From Longimicrobiales bacterium (GTDB lineage: Bacteria > Gemmatimonadota > Gemmatimonadetes > Longimicrobiales > Gaopeijiaceae): a DNA stretch of 64,000 bases. The position numbers were made by a program, and so were the translations under genes. The stretch's first letter is position 1; the number at the start of each line of letters is the position of its first letter. Below the pieces are notes generated by a model, which saw only the letters and a program-made list of their open reading frames with translations, ran no database searches and was not told the origin of the DNA. The stretch is taken from NCBI GenBank assembly GCA_965202805.1, contig OZ241869.1, positions 2,784,001 to 2,848,000 on the forward strand, given 5' to 3'. Positions 30,019 through 39,951 of the stretch are shown here, in pieces.

Positions 30019-30870
30019 TCAATCCGCGGCGCTTGACCGGTCCTTTCGAGGGAGCGGGATCAGCGCCGGGACCGCTGCCTGGTAGTCACGGTAGCCGGGA
30101 TACTTCGCGGCGGAGATCTCCTCGGTCATGCGCATCGAGGGAATGAACAACAGCGTAAGCCCGATGCAGCCCAACGCAGTCCAATGGAGCCACTCGCCGG
30201 ACGCGGCGACCGCGAACAGGTAGAAGACCCACCACATGGCGATCTCGCAGAAGTAGTTGGGATGCCGGCTGTAGCGAAAGAGCCCGCTGGTCATGAACGG
30301 CTGCCGGACCTCCTCTCCGTTGGCGATCCGCCGCTTCTTGTCCTGCTGGAAGTCCCACATCTGCCGATCGGCGACGGTCTCGCCCGCCAGCAGCGTGAGG
30401 AACAGGGCGGCCGCCAGGAAGTCGAGCCACCCGAGCGGCGCGTCGGGAAACTGCCACGCCCGGTGGATCGGGGAGGTGAACAGCCAGATGAGCAGCATCT
30501 GGCCGGGGTGGACGAAGGTGATGTTGAGCACCTGGAAGCCCAGCGGGCCGTACTGCTTGCGGACGTGCGCCCACCGGTAGTCCTCGCCCCCCGGCCCGTA
30601 CCCGCCCTTGCGGGCGAAGTTGCAGGTCAGGCGGATGCCCCATGCGACCACAAGCGCCGTCATGAGCATCACGCGCGGGGCGTCGAAGCCCGCGGCGGCC
30701 GCGACGATCAGGCAATAGACCGGCGGGCAGACGGACCAGAGGCGATCGATCCAGGAGACCTCGCGGGTGATCACGGACAGGAGCCAGGCCACCAGCGCGA
30801 GCACCAGGCACAACTCGAGCGCGGTCCCGAAGGGTGCGCCGGAGAGGGGATGGTCGATGAAGTCAAACAT
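30019..30870 (-). CDS. DUF1295 family membrane protein (steroid 5-alpha-reductase-like)
   Basis: WGIRLT, EDYRW, ETVADRQ, GLFRYSRHPNYF.E. Confidence 0.9.
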   Translation of the reverse strand: MFDFIDHPLSGAPFGTALELCLVLALVAWLLSVITREVSWIDRLWSVCPPVYCLIVAAAAGFDAPRVMLMTALVVAWGIRLTCNFARKGGYGPGGEDYRWAHVRKQYGPLGFQVLNITFVHPGQMLLIWLFTSPIHRAWQFPDAPLGWLDFLAAALFLTLLAGETVADRQMWDFQQDKKRRIANGEEVRQPFMTSGLFRYSRHPNYFCEIAMWWVFYLFAVAASGEWLHWTALGCIGLTLLFIPSMRMTEEISAAKYPGYRDYQAAVPALIPLPRKDRSSAAD

Positions 30871-31286
30871 CTATGGCTCTGTTTATCGACCTCGGAGTTT
30901 GGCCAAGTCTGGAGGAAACCACTCTACGCCTCCGGACGAACCGGGTCAATCGGCGTCGGGTGCGCGGACCGGTCGCCGCATGCGACGGCTCGAGCTGCCG
31001 CGGTCGTCGTGGAGTCCGCGCGTTTCACCGCTCGCGTCGTCCGATAATGAATCTTTGCGTTCTCCGGCGATTGCATGGTAGTCTCACTTTGGGTCTACGG
31101 TTCGTGCTGCGCGTGTTTCTTCCCGGCGCGGCGCCGTGCGGGGCAAGCAGGTGGACCTGGTCTCCGGCGGCGACTCCGACAAGCATTGCGCACTTCCCTG
31201 AAGTGGCATGCATCTCCCGCGCCGGGACGCTCAGTCGAGTGCCAGTGCGTTTGGGTGTGCTTATCCGCTATTCGCTGGAGGTGATC

Positions 31287-34200
31287 ATGTTGATGACGTT
31301 GCGAACGCTGACCCTCCTTCTGGTCGTCTCCGCGACACCAGCCCTGGCCCAGATCCCGGACGCGCTTCTCGACAACTTCAGGCCCCGGGAAGTCGGACCT
31401 GCCTTCATGGGCGGGCGCACCGTTGACTTGGCGGTTTACGAGGAGGATCCGGCGATCTTCTACGCCGCGACGGCTTCGGGCGGCCTCCTGAAGACCGTGA
31501 ACGGAGGCAACTCCTGGGTGAACGTCTTTGACCGCCAGTCCACGGTGTCCATCGGCGACGTGGCCATCAACCCGACAGATCACAACGTCATCTGGGTTGG
31601 CACGGGCGAAGCCAACAACAGACAGAGCTCCTCGTGGGGCGATGGCATCTACAAGTCGACCGACGGCGGCAGGACCTGGCAACACATGGGGCTTCGCGAG
31701 TCGCACCACATCGGCCGCATCGTCGTCAACCCGCAGGATACCGATATCGTCTACGTAGCCGCGCTCGGACACCTGTGGGGTGCAAACCCGGAGCGTGGAG
31801 TGTTCATGACGATCGACGGCGGACGGAACTGGCAACACGTGCTCAGCTTGAATGAGGACACCGGCGCGGTCGATCTGGCGATGGACCCGGCCAATCCCAA
31901 GGTGCTGTATGCCGCGGCCTATCAGCGCCGACGCAGTGCGTGGGGCTTCAACGGCGGGGGTCCCCATGGCGGGATCTACAAGACCGTCGACGGTGGGCGC
32001 ACCTGGCGGAAGCTGAGCAACGGCCTTCCCGAGGGTCCTGTGGGGAGAATCGGCCTCGACATCTTCCGCCGCAACTCCAACGTCGTGTATGCGACCGTCG
32101 AGCACGAGGAAGGCGGCATATTTCGCTCCGAAGACAAGGGCGAAACCTGGACGAAGGTTAACAGCCTGAATCCGCGGCCCATGTACTACAGCCAGATCCG
32201 CATCGATCCGAATGACGAAAAACGGATCTATGTTCTCGGCACTCAACTGTCCGTCTCCGACGATGCGGGCAGGACGTTCTTCGAGGGTGACCCCGAAGTT
32301 CACTCGGACCACCATGCGCTCTGGATCAACCCGCAAAACTCCCGTCACCTGATCGACGGCAACGACGGTGGCGTCTGGGTGAGCCGCGACCGTTCGCAAA
32401 GCTGGGAACACCTGAACAACTATGCCATGGGTCAGTTCTATCACGTCACGGTGGACATGCAGCAGCCCTACCGCATCTACGGCGGCATGCAGGACAACGC
32501 CACATGGGGTGGACCGAGCATGGTTCGCGATCGCCAGGGCATTGCAAACGAACACTGGAGTCAGATGCTGGCATGCGACGGCATGTACGTGGCCGTCGAT
32601 CCCGGCGACGGCCGCACGATATACACCAACTGCCAGAACGGCCGCATCGTCCGATATGACCAAGCGACGGGTGAACGGAAGGCGATTCAACCGCAACCGG
32701 TCTCCAGCGAGGAGACACTGCGGTGGAACTGGACTACGCCGATCGTCGTGTCTTCTCACGATCCCACGACCCTGTTCACGGGAGGAAACATCCTCTACAG
32801 GTCCGCCGACCGTGGCCACAGCTGGACGGCCATCAGCGAGGACCTCACAGGACAGGTCGACCGCGACGAGCTCACCTTGATGGGCGTCCCCGGCGAGGAC
32901 ATCACGCTCTCGAGGAATGACGGCGTGTCGTCGTTCGGCAATATCACGGCACTCGCCGAATCGCCACGGAGTGCCGGCCTGATCTATGCCGGCACTGACG
33001 ACGGCAGGGTGCACGTGACCCGGGATGGCGGGGGGACGTGGACGGATTTGACCGGCAGAATCCCGGGCGTACCGGACATGATCTACGTGAGTCGGCTGAG
33101 GCCATCGGCGTTCGATGAAGGTACCGTGTACGCGTCCTTCGACGGGCATCGCAGCGACGACTTCAGCCCCTATGTCTTCGTCAGTACGGACTACGGCGCC
33201 TCCTGGCGGTCCATCGGGTCCGACCTGCCGACGGGCTCCGTCTACGTGATCGAGGAAGACCCGAAGAATCCGGACCTTCTCTACATCGGCACGGAGTTCG
33301 GGCTCTTCGTCTCAATCGACCGGGGATCGAACTGGACGCGCTGGAAGAACCTGCCGACCGTTGCCGTCTACGACCTGGTCGTCCATCCTCGCGACAATGA
33401 CCTGGTCCTGGGCACGCATGGCCGCAGCATCATCGTCTACGATGATATCTCGCCGCTTCAGCAGCTCAACGACGAGGTTCTCGCGTCCGGAAGCCATCTG
33501 TTCGACATGCAGCCCGGAATTCAATTCATTCCGAACGAGAACGGATGGTTTCTCGGGGGACGCAGCTACAGGGCCGGGAATCCCGAGCCCGGAGTCTACG
33601 TGCACTACTATCTGAGGGAGCCCGCGGGTGATGATGTCGACGTCACGATCCGCGACGCCGCGGGTACGGTCGTTCGTGAACTCACGGGACCGGCGGGCGC
33701 CGGAATCCATCGCGTCGTGTGGGACCTGCGCGCAGAGCCCAGCGGGCCTCCGTCCATCGGGCTTGCCGGAGCGCTGAATCTGACCGACCTGGGTCCGTTC
33801 GTGCTTCCCGGCGAATACTCCGTCCGTCTGTCGGCGGAAGGGCAGGAGCACTCGAAGCCCGTTCGCGTCCTGGGGGATCCATTGGTCGAGATGACCGACG
33901 CCGACCGCCGGAGGCTCTACACCACGCTGCTGTCGCTGACCGGGATGCAGAGGACGGCTGAATCCGCTGCGGACGCGATCGACAAGCTGAGCGGGGAGGT
34001 CCAGCGGATCTCGGAGATGCTCGCGGAACATCCGGGGCCTCCGGATGCGGTTACGGACTCCGCCGAGGATGTGAACGAGGAGATAGCGGAGCTCCGCACG
34101 CTGCTCACCGGAGCCGGCGGGAGCGGCTTCGGGTCGCAGGCGCTAAGCGATCGCATCGACCGCCTGAAAGCCGCGCTCATGGGATCGCAATCGCTGCCCA

Positions 34201-34370
34201 CGGCCATTCAATCGGATCAGTTCGAGATGTTCCTCGGGGAGCTGAACGATGTGGTCGGCCGGGTGAATGCCTCCATCAACAGCACGCTGCCGGACCTCTA
34301 CAGACAGCTCAACGACCATGACATCCATCCGATCCCGGGCGAACCGATCAGACCGGTTGGATCGGGATAG
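31287..34370 (+). CDS. Secreted VPS10/BNR (Asp-box) repeat protein
   Basis: Many S/TxDGGxTW repeats; GGAGG before ATG 31287; signal peptide. Confidence 0.88.
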   Translation: MLMTLRTLTLLLVVSATPALAQIPDALLDNFRPREVGPAFMGGRTVDLAVYEEDPAIFYAATASGGLLKTVNGGNSWVNVFDRQSTVSIGDVAINPTDHNVIWVGTGEANNRQSSSWGDGIYKSTDGGRTWQHMGLRESHHIGRIVVNPQDTDIVYVAALGHLWGANPERGVFMTIDGGRNWQHVLSLNEDTGAVDLAMDPANPKVLYAAAYQRRRSAWGFNGGGPHGGIYKTVDGGRTWRKLSNGLPEGPVGRIGLDIFRRNSNVVYATVEHEEGGIFRSEDKGETWTKVNSLNPRPMYYSQIRIDPNDEKRIYVLGTQLSVSDDAGRTFFEGDPEVHSDHHALWINPQNSRHLIDGNDGGVWVSRDRSQSWEHLNNYAMGQFYHVTVDMQQPYRIYGGMQDNATWGGPSMVRDRQGIANEHWSQMLACDGMYVAVDPGDGRTIYTNCQNGRIVRYDQATGERKAIQPQPVSSEETLRWNWTTPIVVSSHDPTTLFTGGNILYRSADRGHSWTAISEDLTGQVDRDELTLMGVPGEDITLSRNDGVSSFGNITALAESPRSAGLIYAGTDDGRVHVTRDGGGTWTDLTGRIPGVPDMIYVSRLRPSAFDEGTVYASFDGHRSDDFSPYVFVSTDYGASWRSIGSDLPTGSVYVIEEDPKNPDLLYIGTEFGLFVSIDRGSNWTRWKNLPTVAVYDLVVHPRDNDLVLGTHGRSIIVYDDISPLQQLNDEVLASGSHLFDMQPGIQFIPNENGWFLGGRSYRAGNPEPGVYVHYYLREPAGDDVDVTIRDAAGTVVRELTGPAGAGIHRVVWDLRAEPSGPPSIGLAGALNLTDLGPFVLPGEYSVRLSAEGQEHSKPVRVLGDPLVEMTDADRRRLYTTLLSLTGMQRTAESAADAIDKLSGEVQRISEMLAEHPGPPDAVTDSAEDVNEEIAELRTLLTGAGGSGFGSQALSDRIDRLKAALMGSQSLPTAIQSDQFEMFLGELNDVVGRVNASINSTLPDLYRQLNDHDIHPIPGEPIRPVGSG

Positions 34371-34398
34371 GAAACAGCCGGTCCGACATTGGAATCGC

Positions 34399-36471
34399 TC
34401 AGCTGCCGCTCGCTGCCACTTCTCCGTCCTTGACCATGAAGCGCTCGAACCAGTTCCGGAGCAGGAGCTGTACCCGAATGAAATTCGTTGGTGGCCGGCT
34501 CCTGGAGTGCCAGCCGTCCGTCAGGCGGATCATGGCCGTAGGAATCCGCCGGAGCTTCAGCGCGCGATAGAACTGTTCCGTCTGCTCCATCGGCGTTCGG
34601 AGGTCCCGCTCCCCGGTCATCACCATGGTGGGCGTGGTGACGTTGCCCACGTACATGAGCGGTGACCGCTGGAGGTGCTCCGTCGGATCATCCCACGGGA
34701 GCTGCTCGAAGTCGTAGTACCAGCTCGACCCGTCCGTCGTCCCCACGAAGCTGATCCAGTTGGTCACCGGGGCCTTGGCCACAGCGGCGGTGAAGCGATC
34801 GGTGTGCCCGACGATCCAGGACGTGAGAACACCCCCGCCCGAGCCCCCGTACACGAAGAGATTGCGCTCGTCGATGTAGCCGCGGCCCAGCAGCGTGTCC
34901 ACACCCACCATGAGGTCGTCGTAGTCCATGGATGGATAGGCGTAGTTGATCGCGTTGCCGAACTCGCTCCCGTAGCCCGAGCTTCCGCGGGGATTCGTGT
35001 ATAGCACCACGTAGTCGTGAGCAGCATGGTTCTGGTTCTTGAAGTCGAACCCGGCGTTGTACATCGAGTGTGGACCACCGTGGATGCGGAGGATCAGGGG
35101 ATACTTCCGTGAAGGGTCGAACCCCGGTGGCTTGTTGATCCACCCCTGGATCTGCAGTCCGTCGACGGACGGATACCAGATCTCCTCCACCTCACCCAGC
35201 TCGACCTCGGTCAGGGCTGCGTCATTGGTGGACTTCAGTACTTCGATGTCGTCCGGCCTCTCCAGCTCGAACCGCACGATGCTGCCCGGCTCGTGGTATG
35301 CCGTTCGCGTTCCCACCACGGTGCCGTCGGAGCCGATGCCCGTGATGGCAAGCATGTGATTGCCTTCCGTAACCGCGCGCGGTTCTCCGTCCAGCGGCGC
35401 ATACCAGAGGTTGGCGGTGCCCAGGATGGAGGCCGTGAAGAAGAGGCCGCGGCTGTCGCTCGCCCAGGTCACGTTCCCCATTGCGCGCCCGAATTCGTCG
35501 GCGACCAGACGCGAGTTCGAGCCGTCGGCATCCATCACCCAGAGTCCGTTCTCCCGATACGTGTCGGTAGTGAAGGGAAAGCCCTGGTACGCCACGTAGC
35601 GCCCGTCCGGTGAAGGCACGGGATCTCCGTCCGGTCCACGGCGGCTGGTGAGCCGCTCCACCGCACCGGTGTACACATCCACTGCGTAGACTTCGGATTC
35701 CCGGTACTGGTGTTCGGCATCTTCGGCGCGGAGGCCGGAGAACAGAATGCGCGAGCCGTCTGGCGCCCATGCGGGAGAGCCGTGATCGTATGGTCCGTCG
35801 GTGACCTGTCTGGCGGTTCCGCCGTCGGCTGAGACCACGAAGATGTGCCGGAATCCGATCGGTGCCCAGCCCTGCCCGTCTCGGCGGTAGACCAGGCGCT
35901 CCACGATGCGCGGCGGGGCCGTCCACTCCGCGTTGTCGGGCGCGACCGGCATGTCGATGCTCCATGCGGCGTCGGGAGGAGCGTCCACCAGCATGTTGAA
36001 TGCGATGCTTTGGCCGTCGGGCGACCACGTGATTCCAGAGGGGCTCTCCGTGAGCCGTGTGATCTGCGAGGTGGTGCCCTCTGTGTCCATCCAGCGCACG
36101 AAGATCTGGGCACCCGACGGCTCGCCCTGCGCCACATAGGCGATGCGCGTCCCGTCAGGCGACCACAGCGGAGAGGAGCCGTCCACCAGGAAGCGGTTCC
36201 GGGTCCCGTCGGCATTCATGATCCAGACGTCGGAAACGTGTCCGTCGTGAACCTTGTCGATCCACTCCCGCTCGTAGATGACCTGCCGCCCGTCGGGAGA
36301 CAGTTGCGGGTTTCTTACGAACTCCCAGTCAAGGTACCGGTCCACGGTGAGGCGGTCCGGGAGATCCTGGGCTCCAGCCTCCGCCGGGGTCGGCAGGGCG
36401 CTCATCGCCAGGAGAGCGGTGGCGTAAACTGTGGCGCGAAGCATCGCCGTGAGGACGATCGATGGTTTCAT
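34399..36471 (-). CDS. S9 family peptidase (acylaminoacyl/dipeptidyl aminopeptidase)
   Basis: IHGGPH, NPRGS.GYG, GGSGGG nucleophile motif, DLRTP, catalytic His; WSPDG propeller repeats. Confidence 0.93.
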   Translation of the reverse strand: MKPSIVLTAMLRATVYATALLAMSALPTPAEAGAQDLPDRLTVDRYLDWEFVRNPQLSPDGRQVIYEREWIDKVHDGHVSDVWIMNADGTRNRFLVDGSSPLWSPDGTRIAYVAQGEPSGAQIFVRWMDTEGTTSQITRLTESPSGITWSPDGQSIAFNMLVDAPPDAAWSIDMPVAPDNAEWTAPPRIVERLVYRRDGQGWAPIGFRHIFVVSADGGTARQVTDGPYDHGSPAWAPDGSRILFSGLRAEDAEHQYRESEVYAVDVYTGAVERLTSRRGPDGDPVPSPDGRYVAYQGFPFTTDTYRENGLWVMDADGSNSRLVADEFGRAMGNVTWASDSRGLFFTASILGTANLWYAPLDGEPRAVTEGNHMLAITGIGSDGTVVGTRTAYHEPGSIVRFELERPDDIEVLKSTNDAALTEVELGEVEEIWYPSVDGLQIQGWINKPPGFDPSRKYPLILRIHGGPHSMYNAGFDFKNQNHAAHDYVVLYTNPRGSSGYGSEFGNAINYAYPSMDYDDLMVGVDTLLGRGYIDERNLFVYGGSGGGVLTSWIVGHTDRFTAAVAKAPVTNWISFVGTTDGSSWYYDFEQLPWDDPTEHLQRSPLMYVGNVTTPTMVMTGERDLRTPMEQTEQFYRALKLRRIPTAMIRLTDGWHSRSRPPTNFIRVQLLLRNWFERFMVKDGEVAASGS

Positions 36472-36483
36472 GAGAGGCTCCCT

Positions 36484-36521
36484 GATGCAGTAGAGACGAG
36501 AGGATGCAGTAGAGACGAGAG
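36484..36521. repeat. Perfect tandem 19-bp duplication next to a 12-bp stem hairpin (36517-36545)
   Basis: GATGCAGTAGAGACGAGAG x2. Confidence 0.85.
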
Positions 36522-36578
36522 GGGTGGAGACGATCCACCCCTCTCTTCATGGTCACTCGGGCCCGGATTTCGTTCCAG

Positions 36579-38672
36579 CTATTCGTCCGCAGCCCCGGGG
36601 TTCTCGATCAGCCAGTGGACGAACCAGGTCCTCAGACGCTCCAGACGATCCACGAGGAGCCACGGCTCACCGGTCCGTGACAGGCCGTGCGACGACCTCG
36701 GGTAGCGCACGAACTCCACAGGTACGCCGAGCTTCTTGAGCGACATGAACCATTGCTCAGCGTCCGCCATGGGAGTGCGCCAGTCCTGCTCGGAGTGGAT
36801 GATCAGCGTGGGCGCGGTCACGTTTTCCACATACGAAAGCGGTGAGAGACGATCGTATAGCTCGCGCTGCTCCCACGGAGGTCCGTAGAACTCGAACTCG
36901 GTCATGTTGGGGATGTCGGACGTGCCCCACCAGCTGTACCAGTTGGAAATGGATCGGCTGGTCACCGCGGCCGCGAAACGGTCCGTGTGCGCGGTGAGCC
37001 AGTTCGTGCTGACGCCACCATAGCTTCCTCCCGACACACCCACCCGGTCCGGATCGATATCCGGATACTTCTCCGTGGCGGCCTCCACGCCCGTGAGGAA
37101 ATCCTCCTCGTCCATCACATGCCAGTTGCCGCGCGTGGCATACTCGAAGTCGTGTCCGTATCCAGCAGAGCCGCGGGGGTTCGAATAGAGAACGAAGAAA
37201 CCGGAAGCCGACAGGACGTGAAAGGTCTGGAAGAAGGTGTTTCCGTACGCCCCGTGCGGCCCACCGTGGATCTTGAGGACCATCGGATACCTTTGGCCGG
37301 GCTCGTATCCCACCGGCTTGACCACCCAGCCCTCGATTACCGTCCCGTCGGCGACGGTCCACGTCAGGCGCTCCGCCGGCATACGGGTAACTTCGGCGAG
37401 CCATGAGTCATTGAACGAGGTGATCCGACGCTCATCCGTTCCGTCGGTCCGCGCAACGTAGACCTCCGACGGTGTGACCGCGTCCGTGACGGCATAGGCC
37501 ATGAACCGCCCGTCTTTTGACGTTGACACCGAGCTGACGCGGCGGTCCCCCGTGGTCACCTGTCGGACCGCGCCTCCGGAAGCGGTTACCTCGAACAGAT
37601 GACTGTTCCCACCGATGGAGGCCTCGAACCGAATCGCCCGGCCGTCGGCGGTCCAGGTCGGAGCGCCCGGCGTCAGCCGCCAGTCCGGCGTCAGATTGCG
37701 CGGATCACCCTGGAACGTCCCGTCCGCGTCCACTGCCACCACCATGAGCTCCTCTTCCCCGCCGTACACGGCGGTCGATATGTAGGCGAGAGTTCTTCCG
37801 TCCGGCGAAACCACCGGATTCGATTCGGACCCGGGATTGGAGGTGATCGGCCTGGGCTGCCCACCCGTACGGGCCACGGCGTAGATGTCCCGGATCACCT
37901 CGACCTCGGGTTCGAACTGACCCGGGTCGGCCGAAAAGAAGAGGGTCTCGCTATCCGACGACCAAGTCACCTGGCCCACGTCGACAGGAAGATCGGTGAG
38001 CTTCCGCGGCGTTCCTCCTTCCGAAGGCACGACGTAGAGTTGCTGTTTCGGAGTGGAGGAGGGGTCGGGCTGGAGCGGCAGGATGCCGTCGCTCTTGTAG
38101 CGAAAGTGGGTGATCACGCGCCCGTCGAACCGTTCGCGGTCGAGAGTGTTGGTGATCGCATTCGGAGCGATCCACCCCGCGCGCCCGTTCTCATCCTCTT
38201 GTTCCTCCGCCCGGGTGTAGGCGATCCACTGCCCGTCCGGCGACCAGGACGGCGCTCCCTCGACTCCCTCGATCCGGTAGGCCTCGCCGCCGGGGGCGGC
38301 CACGGGGACAAACCAGGTTGAGCTTGCCTCGTCGCCGCGCTCGGACTGGAAGCTGATTGCGCTTCCATCCGGTGACCAGGCGGGGGAAGAAGATTCCCGG
38401 GTCGGGTCGCTGAACCGGCGCGGATCACCGACCGGCTGTCCGTCCTCCAATCGCTGTATCCAGACTTCCCTGTGCCGTCTGTTTTCCTCTTCCACGACCG
38501 TGGTGACCACAAAGGCAACGAGGTCGCCCGCCGGCGAAACCGCGACATCCCCGACGGAGGTCATCCGGTAATAGTCCGCCGGCTCGACGCCTCGCATCTG
38601 CGCGCCAACGGAGGATGGGACGAGAATACAGAGCAGAATGGTTGTGGCGGGGCCTGCTAGCATCGTACGCAT
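36579..38672 (-). CDS. S9 family peptidase
   Basis: IHGGPH, GGSYGG, DWRTP, SSHGLSR; GAGGAG RBS. Confidence 0.93.
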   Translation of the reverse strand: MRTMLAGPATTILLCILVPSSVGAQMRGVEPADYYRMTSVGDVAVSPAGDLVAFVVTTVVEEENRRHREVWIQRLEDGQPVGDPRRFSDPTRESSSPAWSPDGSAISFQSERGDEASSTWFVPVAAPGGEAYRIEGVEGAPSWSPDGQWIAYTRAEEQEDENGRAGWIAPNAITNTLDRERFDGRVITHFRYKSDGILPLQPDPSSTPKQQLYVVPSEGGTPRKLTDLPVDVGQVTWSSDSETLFFSADPGQFEPEVEVIRDIYAVARTGGQPRPITSNPGSESNPVVSPDGRTLAYISTAVYGGEEELMVVAVDADGTFQGDPRNLTPDWRLTPGAPTWTADGRAIRFEASIGGNSHLFEVTASGGAVRQVTTGDRRVSSVSTSKDGRFMAYAVTDAVTPSEVYVARTDGTDERRITSFNDSWLAEVTRMPAERLTWTVADGTVIEGWVVKPVGYEPGQRYPMVLKIHGGPHGAYGNTFFQTFHVLSASGFFVLYSNPRGSAGYGHDFEYATRGNWHVMDEEDFLTGVEAATEKYPDIDPDRVGVSGGSYGGVSTNWLTAHTDRFAAAVTSRSISNWYSWWGTSDIPNMTEFEFYGPPWEQRELYDRLSPLSYVENVTAPTLIIHSEQDWRTPMADAEQWFMSLKKLGVPVEFVRYPRSSHGLSRTGEPWLLVDRLERLRTWFVHWLIENPGAADE

Positions 38673-38703
38673 GGTACGCTCCTCGGAAACCGGCTTTTCG
38701 CGA

Positions 38704-39942
38704 CTATCCTCCCTGGAAGTTCGGATTGTTCGCGAGTTCCTTGAATGGCAACGGCCAGCAGGTCGTCGCGGAGTACGGTTCGTACCCGACTTTGTGATAC
38801 GGCGTCCCCGGAGACTGGACTCCGCGCAGCACAAAGGGGTCGGTGCGGAAGTAGAGCATCCGCTTCCCTTCCAGGAAAAAGTCCAGTGAGTACTGGTCCA
38901 TGAACTCGATGAAGACGCTTCGATCGTCCATTGCACCGTCGTACGGCGGCTGGCCGTTGGCTTCGCGCCGCGCTTGCACCAGGCTCAACTGGGCTGCATT
39001 CCCCTGGGCATGCGCCGCGATGTAGTCGGCTTCGAGCCTGGACGCGAGCCGGATGGGATCGTTGTAGCTCGTGTATTTCCCGGGGCTGAAGATCTCCGTC
39101 TGCCCATCCATCGCGTTGTGCTTGTTTACTTCCGGTGGAATCACGGTCACGCGAGGATCGTTCAGGTCGCGAAAATCGGGATGCACCGAGACGACCGACT
39201 GTCCGAAGGTGCGATCCCACACCCGGTTCGACAGGCGCGTGCGATTTGCGATGTCGTCCACGAAGGTGAGGTTATACACGAACCCCTCCGCTACCTGACC
39301 GGCGTCCGCGCTGGCCTCGGCCGTCCGCCCGAGCTGAAGATTGGCCCGGGCTCGTCCGACGAGACCGGCATTGACGAAGTCCTGGGCTTCCCCGGGCCCG
39401 AGTCCCCTGCTGACGTCGATGGCCTGAGAGAAGCGGTCCACGGCCGATTCGAGCATCGTGGCCGTGCTGAGTGCCGGCCCGCCGTTCACGGCTCCTTCGC
39501 AGTAGAATTCCGCCATGGCAATGTAGGACCAGCCTGTGAACAACGCGGCTCGTGCCGCGTGGATGCTGGTGGCTACCTCGGTTCCCTCAAGCTGCTCGGC
39601 GACCCGGGTTCCGAGAGCTACCGCCCGGGCGAGCTCCGGGAACTCGCTCGAGAGCGTCTGGTCCACGACGCGCGTGGCCCAGAGGTTCCCCGGCGCGTTG
39701 ATGTCCGCGCTGAGGATCTCCCCGGTGAACCATCCGCCCTCCACGATGAAGTCTCCCCATGCCTGCTTGAAGTCCTGCTGGGTGGACAACGCCAACGCAC
39801 GAGCGTCGCTCACCGGGTCGATTTCCCCGGCATTCACGGCGTTGGGATTGGGTACCGTCAGAAAGTCATCACACCCGGAGACCCCCAGGCTGACGACAAC
39901 AAGTGCGGCCGTGACCAGGCCCCGCGTTCCATTCTCTATCAT
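38704..39942 (-). CDS. RagB/SusD-family lipoprotein
   Basis: VSGC lipobox; FFLEGKR; downstream of susC. Confidence 0.85.
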   Translation of the reverse strand: MIENGTRGLVTAALVVVSLGVSGCDDFLTVPNPNAVNAGEIDPVSDARALALSTQQDFKQAWGDFIVEGGWFTGEILSADINAPGNLWATRVVDQTLSSEFPELARAVALGTRVAEQLEGTEVATSIHAARAALFTGWSYIAMAEFYCEGAVNGGPALSTATMLESAVDRFSQAIDVSRGLGPGEAQDFVNAGLVGRARANLQLGRTAEASADAGQVAEGFVYNLTFVDDIANRTRLSNRVWDRTFGQSVVSVHPDFRDLNDPRVTVIPPEVNKHNAMDGQTEIFSPGKYTSYNDPIRLASRLEADYIAAHAQGNAAQLSLVQARREANGQPPYDGAMDDRSVFIEFMDQYSLDFFLEGKRMLYFRTDPFVLRGVQSPGTPYHKVGYEPYSATTCWPLPFKELANNPNFQGG

Positions 39943-39951
39943 GGTTCCCCC

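Noticed and set aside
30873..31286. 138-aa N-terminal extension of the VPS10/BNR protein
   Set aside because: RBS and signal peptide point to ATG 31287; the extension looks non-coding.
36484..36521. 19-bp tandem repeat as a regulatory array
   Set aside because: Only two copies; most simply a slippage duplication beside a hairpin.
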